From: Veleropilina oligotropha
Lineage: Eukaryota
Assembly: GCA_048128005.1 (NCBI GenBank)
Contig: JBEUKZ010000032.1
Location: forward strand, 372,001 to 436,000
Direction: 5' to 3'
DNA length: 64,000 nt
The notes beneath the pieces were generated by a model. That model saw nothing but the letters and a program-made list of their open reading frames with translations, was not told where the DNA came from and searched no databases. The translations under genes and the position numbers were made by a program. Positions within the stretch are counted from its first letter, which is position 1. Every line of letters starts with the position of its first letter. Positions 50,001 to 61,997 of this stretch are shown here, in pieces.

Positions 50001-53000
50001 GGCAACATTGTATTTTATTTGGAAATTGACACTGCAGATAATACGCGGAGTGTGAAAATTTAAGACGAATACAAGCCGGTGCTCCTTAAATATGTACAAA
50101 AGCCGGATCTGTGGGGAAGTACCGAAAGAGCACCAAACATTGTGCCAGTTTGAGTTATCCTACGCTATGTATCTACCATGCATACTTAGGTAACCTCTGT
50201 CAATACTATAGGTAACGATAAGTTTATAGAGTTAATACTATGAAAAGTGTTAGGTTTCTCTGAAATAAAATGAACAAGTATGTAAATTTAAATATTATAA
50301 ATACACTATCCATTTTTGGTACAGTATATATATGATACTCTATCAAAATGACAATCAGCTCTGTCAAGGTTATCATCGAGATGCGGTTTATGGACACCAT
50401 CAATATTCAGATGGAATGTTTATTCTGGAAGTAAATTATTTTGTCGCGCTGAAAATATGATCCACGTGGTGTTTTAGCGGCCGTTACGCCGCCGCATCCG
50501 CTGCCGAGAGATTCCTCGTGATCGATGTAGACAGGTCATTTCTTAATGGAATATTTTCAAATTTGGCATATACATTGGTTGGTGCGAGGACACAAAATCT
50601 AGAGATTTAAGATGTGGCCGTGGCAACCATCCGAGAGACTCCTCGTGATCACTAGTTTTCAAATTTGTGTATGTACATTGGTGGGATGAGGACACGAATC
50701 GTATAGATTTCATGTGTGGTCCGACATCCAAGATGGACGGTGTGGCCACCAGCCAAGAGATTCCTCGTGATAGCTCTATAGACAGGTCATTCTTACCGGA
50801 ATGGTATAAAATTTGTTATGTACATTGGTTGGGATGAGGACACTAAATCTTTAGGTTTTGTGTGTGTTGTCTGACGTCCAGGATAGCCGCCGTGGCCACC
50901 ATCTTGGATTTGCCAGGGGATACATATAGAATACTACACTGGTTGTCGATAGATACCATTTTTACGTGACGAGTATATGTCTGACGGTATCTAAACGAGC
51001 GAAAGCGAGTTTAGATACCGTCAGACATATACGAGTCACGTAAAAATGGTATCTATCGACAACCAGTGTAGTCTTTTATTTATTACTCACGATATTTATG
51101 TTGAAATACTTGTTTTATTATCGTATTTCTGCATATAAATCCGAATATTGTCGCCGACAACATTTGCGTAGGAATTGCCTCTTCACAGATGTGATAAAAT
51201 CCTTGCGCATTAATATAGGTCGTTCTTATAGCCTAACAACGTTAAAAATAACAAAACGTCTTGTAACAATCAATAAGATATTTAATTAAATAATTGTAAA
51301 TGGCTATTATTATTTATATTTATATACAGAGATTTCAAAATAGCGTCAAATTTCCATATTGCATCACGTGTTTTTATCGTCACTGAGCATTGTTTTGTCT
51401 GGGCCGCATTGGGCTCGATGGTGCAATTAGAAATCGGTGCGGTAAAAATAGGTCTTAAGAAATTCCATGACTAGATTGTGAATTTATGGAGCGGGACCGT
51501 GAATTGGAAGTTCAAGACATGTATCGATGGTGGAGCTGCTGGCTGAGGAAGGTGCGAACTGATGATATAATATTGCTAAGTTGAGCAGGCGCGACTTTCG
51601 AATTTGTTGCCAGATAAAACGGTGTATCGGCAGAACGAAAATCTACCGGCCTTAATGTGGCATACAGCTTATAAATGAATACCGGACATCGTTCGTCGCC
51701 CGTTTCCCAAGCACGAGGAGGAACATCACGGACATTCCTGGTATCACCAACTGTGCGTGTTTGCGTTTGGCGCTCGTTATATTCGAGGAATTCTCTCCCG
51801 TCGCTGCCTACCTTTAACGAAACATCGCCCCATTTCATCATATGGTGTGGTTTAACACTTCGAAGGACAAAGTGACGGGTGTTATTCCACCACAGAGTAT
51901 TTATGATGGATTCGGGGTTGTTGCAACCCATTTCATTGCCGTTATACAATTTCTGGATTTCGTCACAGGATAAACTTTCAGCCCTATTTGGTAAGTTTCC
52001 GAGCCCTTGACTTTTAAGTGCTTTTTGTTTTGATGACAAAACATCCCGAAGCCGTGAAAACTCTGTCCCGCAGTAATGACTTTTCGTACCCTCTGTGTTT
52101 TAATGTTAGTGATGAGGTTTCATATTCTTGACCATTTTCTTTCTTTATTGACATGAAGTAATTACATAGGATGTCGCACAGTTCATTTGGCGATATAGTT
52201 GCTATTGGTCTATTGTCGCCTTTTAGTATCATGAATTTGGCCAAAATATTAGAATCTTACTGTGTCTTTCGCAATGTATTTTTATTTTTGTTTTCTTGAA
52301 TAAAGCTGTTAATGTTTGAACGGTCGTACTCGTAATCATAAGTTGTGGTAGGTGCAGATTTTGTATTAGTTTCGTCCAAAAAATCGTCACGAAACTTCAT
52401 CGTAAACTTAGGCTGGTAGATCGATGATCGATCCAGAGGTTGGGGGTGGCGTTACTGACTGGTTGAACTACTGACATAACTCGTCCACGCACTTTCCCGT
52501 CAATTTTCACGCAATCATTAACACGGATAATTGATATAGATGTCTCCATCTTGACTCTAAGCAGACGACGCATCAAAATTCATTTTATATTTTGTCATAA
52601 TTATTATTTGTAAATACTATTTTATTGTATGCTTACTTTTATTTATTTTACCAATGTTTGTAGTTATTTTAATTATACTTTCGTTGCTCTATAAGATGTC
52701 GTTCCGACGGCAGTCGTGGGACATTTCCTTGATAGTAAAAGTTGTAACATTTATCAATGAAAAAGTAGTCCCGTGACCTTACATCAGCAGATTGCTATTG
52801 TCCAATCAAAATTGAGGGTTGGAGGTCAATCGTTTATCCAACACCCGTAAGATACGAGATTTTTATGAGATAGCGATATCTTCAACACCCGAGTAATAAA
52901 TAGATATACGGTCAAGCATTCTAGTTTAATATACATGTAGTTGGTATGCCCATGCATAGCTATATAACAGCAACTTCTTGAAATGGTCTTTACAAAATAA

Positions 53001-56000
53001 GAATTCATTTGTAATATCATTATGAGTTTAATATGGTAAGCAGCAATACAGTGAAACAGAAAAAACGTCAATTTGGAGTGTTAAAATCATTTGCCATTAT
53101 CAGATTTCTATTTTTCATGTAATTGCTATTCGTTCATTCTGAGTGTCTATATTTAGGGTGGCTCCACCGCTGCATTTCAACCATAGACAGGCTGCAGTCC
53201 ATTTTAATCACCGTCCCGACAGCCCCCGTACAATCATCAACTCATCTACCACGAGTCCCATGGCCGTACCCCAAGCGATGAGGCGGTGCTCAGAAGCAAC
53301 AAAGATCAACACTTCCCAAGGGAGGTAAGCATGTGAAATTACTAAAGCTAGGGCACATTGGTGTCCCGTGATGGGCATTTCAGGCCATGATGTAAGCTTT
53401 TGTTATAAATATTTGTTTATGTATTTTGCATGATTAAATTCGTAGGTATGATTTATTTTCTTACTTTAATATGCAATACTAATAATACGGCAGTTGGATT
53501 TCAAAGTAAATTGTTTCAACATGATTCAGTAATTAATGTTTATTAAAGGTGTTGTAGAACAATGCTCATATAAGGACATTCATATGCAAAGAATGAAGTG
53601 GAACAATGCAATATTTGCTGTCCACTAAATTGTTTTTTCGAGCGGCATCGGTGCGTCAGACTCTCAACCGAAGGTGTTAATCGGTCCCGGCAGCTATTCG
53701 TTCTACCGCTTAAAATAATAGAAGGCATAACCCTGATGTATGTCGGTCAGATCAGAGTGAAACCTTAAACCGGGTGATCCAACTATGATACGTCTGAATC
53801 TTGTACTGAATGTGAATGCTTTGCATGAGGGTTGGAGACTTGTCATTTTGGATGTAACAATCACTGTCAGTGGTTCATATCTGATCGCTGCGGATGCGTT
53901 TCACTGGACACTTTCTCGGGGGTCGCTTCGACAGTCGTGCGGTTTCGGCTGCAGACTCTGAAATCACTGGCTTGAATCCACTGACACTAACAGTAGTGGG
54001 TTCCAATTTCGGTTGGGACATTGGCATTGTTTTATCAGTTATGAATCACAGTTGTCCGTAACTGGTTGGAGAGGGCGTGTTTCTCCAGGCTATAATACCA
54101 TGTGTGCCATAGTAAACTGCATGTCCTAATATTACCGAGTCTTGCATTGTTTCTGTAGATAACTGCATGTGTTGCTGTTGTAGTTGGCAGATCATTTCCA
54201 GCTGTGGCAGTCTGCGTGGCTATGGCTCCTCTGCTTCCCCCCACTCCAACAGCGACTCCAGTCACAACAGCTCGTAAGTGCACTCCAACAGTGTTAATGG
54301 CCTGGACAATTTAGTGGTTAGCCCTCCAAGAGTGAGTGGTTGGCGCTCCAAGAGTGTGACCATTCGCGATGGCTGAGTGTTTAGCACTCCAACAGTGGTA
54401 CCAGTCTCACTGGCTGAGTGGTTAGCACTCCAACAATATTAATGGTACCAGTCTCAATGGCTGAGTGGTTAGCACTCCAATAGTGGTACCAGTCTCAATG
54501 GCTGAGTGGTTAGCACTCCGACAGTGGTACCAGTCTCAATGGCTGAGTGGTTAGCACTCCTAAAATGGTACCAATCTCAGTGGCTGAGTGGTTAGCACTC
54601 CAACAGTGGTGCCCGTCTCAATGTCTGAATGGTTAGCACTCCAATAGTGGTACCAGTCTCAATGGCTGAGTGGTTAGCCCTCTAACAATGGTACCTTTCT
54701 CAATGGCTGAGTGGTTAGCACTCCAACAATGGTACCAGTCTCGACGGCTGAATGGTTAGCAATCCAACAGTGGTACCATTCTCAATGGCTGAGTGGTTAG
54801 CACTCCAACAGTGGTACCATTCTCAATGGCTGAGTGGTTAGCACTCAAACAGTGGTACCATTCTCAATGGCTGAGTGGTTAGCACTCCAACAATCATTCT
54901 CAATGGCTGAGTGGTTAGCACTCCAACAATGGTACCAGTCTCAATGGCTTAGTGGTTAGCACTCCAACAGTGGTACCATTCTCAATGGCTGAGTGGTTAG
55001 CACTCAAACAGTGGTACCATTCTCAATGGCTGAGTGGTTAGCACTCCAACAATCATTCTCAATGGCTGAGGGGTTAGCACTTCAACAGTGGTACCAGTCT
55101 CAATGGCCGAGTGGTTAGCACTCCAACAGTAATACAGTCTCGATGGCTGAGTGGTTAGCACTCCAAAAGTCTTACACAGGGACCGCCCTAGCCGCTCGCC
55201 AAATGCGCATTTGCGCTAAAATTGGACACATGGCGATTAAATTTACTAAAATGGCTATTTTATTGCGCGCCTGCCTATAAACGATATGATATATGAATAA
55301 AAACTACTTTTAAATCTTCTTTCATTTCAATTCAAATACTTTAATACAGCTCCTAATCTTTGTGTCGCTGCGACAGTAATTGTCTCGCAGCGAGTGTATC
55401 GATTATACTCATTATGTTTCCGTACAATGCCGAGACGCGATTTCGGAAGCACTGTTCATCGCAGTCGTATTTATCGTCGGTCATTTTCGATATATTCCGG
55501 TTTTAAATGGCGAAAATTTTGCGATGATATTATTTTACTTCTTTAATAGCATTTACGCGAAGAAATATATATTTAAACACGAGAAATAAGTTGTATATTA
55601 AATTATAATTAAAGCTGCCAAGCAGCTGTACAGGGCTTCAAGCTGATCGTGCGCGATTCATTATTTTCGATATAAGACGTTTAAAGTGAAGCATGAAGGC
55701 AGAGCAAACGTAAAGTTGCATATGATGATAATCTTAATATAATGGAGCTATAATTGTATGTGTGTGTGTGTGTGTGTGTCTGTCTGTCTGTTTCAAGTTG
55801 AACTCCTCCCAGACGCTTTGACCTAGGACCTTCAAACTTTGGGGGGTTAATCGGGGTCCCCCAAGGAAGGTTTACCACGAAAAAAATTCGGAAAATTCGG
55901 GAAAAAAAAAAATTATTTAAGGGAGCACTATCCAAAAAAAAAAAAAAAAAAAAATTGGGGTGGGGGGACTTACCCGGCGGAGACGGGTACCATTGCTAGT

Positions 56001-59000
56001 AATAATAATAATTGGAGATTTATATAGTGCTGTATCCATATATATATATATGCTCGCAGACGCTTTCACAATTTATTATCCCTGGTTTTTATCGGCCTGT
56101 TCTGATCAATTATCCATCTCCACTCTCTTTGAGGGTATTACTAGTCAAGCAGCCACTAATGAGCGCTATGACTAATTAACACGCCAACCAGGTACCCACT
56201 TACGTCTGCGAAGTTTGAACAGTCTAGTCAAAGCAGAATAAGGGTTATGGCAAATTTACCTTTTTTTCGAAAATTTTAAAAATATTTTAAAAATCCAAAA
56301 TTTAATTTATTATTTTAATTAGCAAACGTAACTTAGCATATGCACTCATGCGTCTGCGAAGTTTGACCAGTCTAGTGATAGCAGAATAAGAGTTGTGGCA
56401 AATTTAAATTTTGCGAAAATTTAAAACATTTACATTTTTTTCGATAATTTTATTTTTTTTTGAAAATTTAAATTAGCAAACGTAGCTTAGCATATGATGC
56501 ACTAACACATCTGCGAAGTTTGAACAGTCTAGTCAAAGCAGAATAAAGGCTTATGGCATTCAAAATTGATTTCAAAATTTAGGGAGCAGCCAGATTCATA
56601 AAGAATTATTCCAATTTAAACCCAATATTGGCTTCACATATTTAGAGGTAAAATCCCGATTCGAACGACGAATTCGAATGGGTTTCATATTTCATATTAA
56701 TAAAAATTAAGGGAACTAGAGCCGTTATAAATTTTTAAATTAAATTGATCATAACCGTTAATGCCTTTTTTCTAACAAATTTTCGTTCGGAAAACAATAT
56801 AGAGATGATAATGATGTCAGCATATGCCGATTTTCACTTCGAACGGAGCAACAATAAACGAGAAAACTACGTTTGAATTATTTTAATTAATTCAAAATTG
56901 CGGCATTACCACAAGACGAACCAACGATCTATATGCAGCAAACTTAACTTAACATAAGCATCAACCCTCCCAGTCAACATTGAAACGAATAGATAAAGCC
57001 GAATAAGATTTATAGCCAATATAAAAAATGTGAAAAGTTCAATATTTTATAAAGATTGAAATAGCCGTAGCCACCTTATTTTATGTCCGATGAAATTTTC
57101 CTGTGGTAATATATTTCTTCATATTGTCTAGATAATATATCCTGATCGGCGCCTCGATCTGTTTGGCAGTTTCGGAGATTTTTAAAAAGTGGTCCATATT
57201 TTGGAAAATACAAGATATCATCCAAACCCAATTCCTAGGAACTCAATTTTGCAGTTCCACAGGAGTTCCCTATTTTACCTGTCCACTTCTAAATTTTGAA
57301 ATGGATCACATTTGTAGTTTCAGAGATACGTAAGGAACAAAAATCACAAAATAATAATTCCTTGACTTACAATAGGCCTTCAGCCTTTTCAAGGCTAGAA
57401 GCCCTAATAAGAGAAAAAAGGATATACACACAGAGTCGCATTGAATTTCTGTAGCAAGGAAGATAATTTAGTTTGATGGCTTCATAGTCCAGTCAATATA
57501 CGCTCAAAATTGACCAAACCTCAAACAAATTGCAACAGAATTTATTTTTATGTCGAAACATTATGGAATAGCATTACATTAACATACAAAAAATCGGACA
57601 AAATCGGAATTTGCAAAATTATGTTTTTATTCGATTAAAAATGTAAGAAATATAAGAAAATGCTGACAACGTTTTCAAGCTCCACAAGATGAGATAGACG
57701 TCAAGTGAATAAGATTTTATATACTAGTAATCTATACTATAATCGTGGAGTTTGTTTGTGTGTTCCGTATAGTCTCCGAAACGGCTGGACCGATCTCCAC
57801 CAAATTTTGCAGGGAATCCAGGGGTACCATGGGGCTGGTAATAGCGCTGTCAGAATTCTTTTTTGGTGGGAATTTTTTGGGGGTGGTATTTGGGGGGGGA
57901 TGTTTTTTGGGGGGATGGTTATTGTTGGGGTGGGGGGACTTACCCGGCGAAGACGGGTACCATAGCTAGTATCATAATAACATCGATGTGCTATTTGTCT
58001 ATTTGAATTATCAATATAATGAAGAAAATGAAGAATGAATTTTGGGGGGGGAGGGTAAAGAGAGAGGTGGTGCGAATAATTACCAACACGGACAAAAGGA
58101 TCAATCAAATATGTCAAAACTCCATCGGGTGTACCGTTTTTAGCTGTGACAAAGCAGTTAGTAAAGAGTATATGTACGTTCGACTATTCGTCCGTGAGTT
58201 TCTGCGTACGTCCGTCCGTTCGCAATAACTTCCGAAAAGTGACAAATAGGACAACAATTGTGACTATCGCTTTAAGATTCGAACTTATTATAAACACTTC
58301 TCAGGACATCAGATATAGTAAGCGAATAATCGTTATTTTGTGTAAGGGAAGTTTTCTCAGATGGCATAAAAATGCTTCTTATAGTAACAAAGAACAGTAA
58401 AGATGATTCTCGAATTAATAATATGTGGGTGGGGGAGAAAGGTAGGTGTGTTATGTTGTAAGCAGCAGGGGGGGGGGGGGTGAATAGACCACGTACAATA
58501 GGGGCGCGGTGGCTCCCGGCCACTGTTCAGAAACCTATATCAAGACACCCTCAAGCAGCAGGGGGGGGGGGGACGATCGGGCCACGTTGCTTCACCTATA
58601 CAAGCATTCTTGTAGCACAACTTACACTAGCGCAAAAGACCACCTAGGGACGGAATATTTTGACACAGGGTCTTTCATAATGTGAAGTTAGGTCTTGTGT
58701 TTGTGATTTTTGGCGTCTTCTTGTACAACGGTGTTGGGCTTGATTTAATACTCCCGACTCAACCTCCAAGATACCATTATCTTAAAACACCATAAGATGG
58801 AGACTATATAAGAAACGACGTTTGTGTATCTATTTAATGAGAGCGATCGTCACCTATAGCAACTGTTTTTTGTTGCCGCGCATGACAGAAAACACAAAGG
58901 TCACATCACGGTAAACACGTGGTAGTGACGGAAAAATTAAACATACTGATGTCATACTTAACCCGTCAGAGCGCTACTAGTCATAATCTGAATTGACGGT

Positions 59001-61955
59001 AAAGTAAGCATACTGTTGTATACCCGAGATACAATGAAGGGTAAAAACAAATGCCAATGGCTTACTTTGAGCTCTGCAATCAGAGTTGTCTGGAAGAGTA
59101 TTGCAATATCCACCTTGATAGGTTCCTGAAGGGCGGGGGTACAAAGCCCTGCAGCAAATTTGGAAAAGGTATTATAAGCCGCTTCCCACTGTGTCAGGGT
59201 TGTGGGTATCCGAATGAGAAGGTCAAAGAAAGAATACATTTCCTATTAGAAATATTTTATCACAGAGTATACTCATTCATCGTGGCAATGCTCGAGGACA
59301 ATATTACCAATCGGCCAAGCAACTCAGGATGAGCCACTAGCTGTCTGGCTTCTTGGTTGTGGAGACAAACAGCTTAACGTGGATCAGTTCGTGCTGCAAG
59401 ACGACCGCATTTACAGGACACAAGATGCTCACAAGGCTCTGCTGGAAGCATGTAGAGCTTTGGGGGATGAGTCCCTTGCCGATCGGGTCTTCGTCGTTAA
59501 CTATGCAGCTAGCTTATGGTACTGGCTTTGCTGAGGTCCAGGAATTGGAGTTTGCAAATGGAGTCCATCCCACCACACCCTCCTGGTTTGGAAAGCGCTT
59601 TTCCGAGAAGGGCTGGGCACCAACGCCCCTGCTCGCGTTCCTCACATAATGTGGACTAGTAAAAAGCCTCAAGATCCGAGAAGTCACCAACACGTTCAAA
59701 ATGCAAACTGAGGTCTGGTTTCATGATAACCGTGACTAGGGATGCAGTATCATCGGAAAGTTTACTCAGGGCAGAGATTTGAAGGTTGGTGACCGGCCAG
59801 GGAGAGCTCGACCGCCGTGTAAGAGACACCCGCCAAAGCGGTATCCTGGTTGGCGCAACTCAAATGTGACCTGTGGGGGGACATCCTCGCGTATTATGAT
59901 GGCTTACAGCCCCAGTACACCCACATGAAGGCTTCCATGCTGTCGTATGCTCACATCAACCTCCTCTTCATGCTCCAGCGTTTCGCCCCAGAGGAGGCTG
60001 TCCGAGTGGCCAATGACAGCATCTACATTAAGAAAACCGCATTGGAGAAGCTCAATGGTGCCAAGGCGTACGTTGCCCCCCCCCCCTCCAACTCGGGGAC
60101 TGTGGCAATAAATGGTGCGCATCCAGCCTGTTTAGAGAACCATCCTACCACCTGTAGTTCCAGCTCAGTGGCACGACAAAGGCAAACAGCGCACTTCCCA
60201 AGCCAGAGTACTGTTGTGCCACAAAGGACCACCCGCCAAGCACTGTGCCATGCTACCATGACCCACTGACTCACCATCAACTGAGCTACTTCAACGGTAG
60301 CGGGGGCAGTGACAAGGCCACGAGAGCGACCGACCTCTTTCTGGCGAGAATCCCCACAGTCTTACCATCGATATATACCTAAAATATCTATGGTATTAAC
60401 AGGTGATTTAGCGAAATCCGTTGAAATATAAGATGTTCCCGAAATAATTGCTCAATGATAAATTAAACCTGTAATAATAATGAAAAACAACAAAAACTAT
60501 ATGCATATTAAAACCGGCAATGTGGTTACCACCGGGCTTCCGTAACTTTTTACTATAGAGATTCAGAAAATTGGTATAGGTGTTTGTTATTTGCGTATAC
60601 TTTTAACTGACCTTAATATTATAATCTTGTTTCTACGGGCATAAGAAATAACCCGTGGTGGAAATTTACATTCAACGCTGACATGAAATGGTTTTGATCA
60701 AACATATGCTAATCAGACTTTTGTTGAAATCATTAATACGACGGACGTTGTTTCGCCTTAGCGACACTCTAGCACTGATATTTTATCTGACGTGTGCATG
60801 CCGCTATTTTATCATGTATGACCTCAAATATATTTAGAACTAATAAAATATACATAATATGCAATTTACATGAATTCCTGGAGCACGGGTTCAACCTATC
60901 AGGGCCAGCGAAGCAGACGAAAATATAGATAAGCAAGAGGATTACCTCCCTTCTAATGTATGACGGCCCATAGCCGCCATCGTGGTTATTGCGAAAATTC
61001 ATCAACTTTAGAGGGAAATAATGGTACTTATGCAAATGACGATCTTGTCCGATTTTCTATATGTTGTTCAAACGTCGTATACCTGTCTAATAACACCAAA
61101 ATAAATTATGTTGCAATTTGTTTGAGGACAAATCATAAATTGACTGGACTATCAGTAAAGTAGGAAATAGAATTACATTAATTTTGAACGGTGAAAGTAG
61201 ATTACGAAATAAGAATTACAAAAGCATACCTGAACAATAATATTAAATTTTCACAGTCACAAAGTGAAATTTCGTTTTCACTAGTACTGTTATAAAATAA
61301 ATGCTCTTTTGCTGGGTTTTTTAAATTAAACTATTTTGCACTATTTACAACTCTGCAGACAGAAAATTTTATGAGCTAATTTTATTTAATTTTTTATTTG
61401 CTTCCATTTTATCTGACTTTGTCACATATGTAGTAAATTTAATATTGTTTAATTCTAATATATCTGGATAGCATTTTAGGTGACCTTAAAATGGTGAATT
61501 TCATTGTCTTTTTATTCACATTTTAAGACTATAGACCCGATTATGACATAGAAATATAGTTGGCGTGGTCATTAAACATCAATCAAAATATTAAACAATG
61601 TGAAGGTATCAATGTCGGCCGTATAATCAAAGTATCTATCAAGGTGTTATTGGTGCTAATTAAACAGGCATGTATTGCCAACTAGTATCAAGAAAATGTT
61701 AGGGTTATGTCTAAGAAATATATTTCTTATTAGATAATTTAATGATGAAAAGCTTGCATACATATTCTAAGAGTAAATTGGATGTGGTGCAAATTTGTAC
61801 CACTCACATTACAGTCAATCAAGCCGGACTGCTATGTCGCATATCGGTATATAATATAAATTACATAATGACTATAAAATCGGCATTGGAATATGCATTT
61901 TTATGTCGTGACCTTTTTGTAAAAAAGGACACGACATTATAAAATGGTCCGTGTG

Positions 61956-61997
<42 letters not shown>

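Noticed and set aside
54281..55166. CRISPR-like array
   Set aside because: Units are directly tandem with no unique spacers, there are no cas genes, and the context is a eukaryotic intron. It is a minisatellite.
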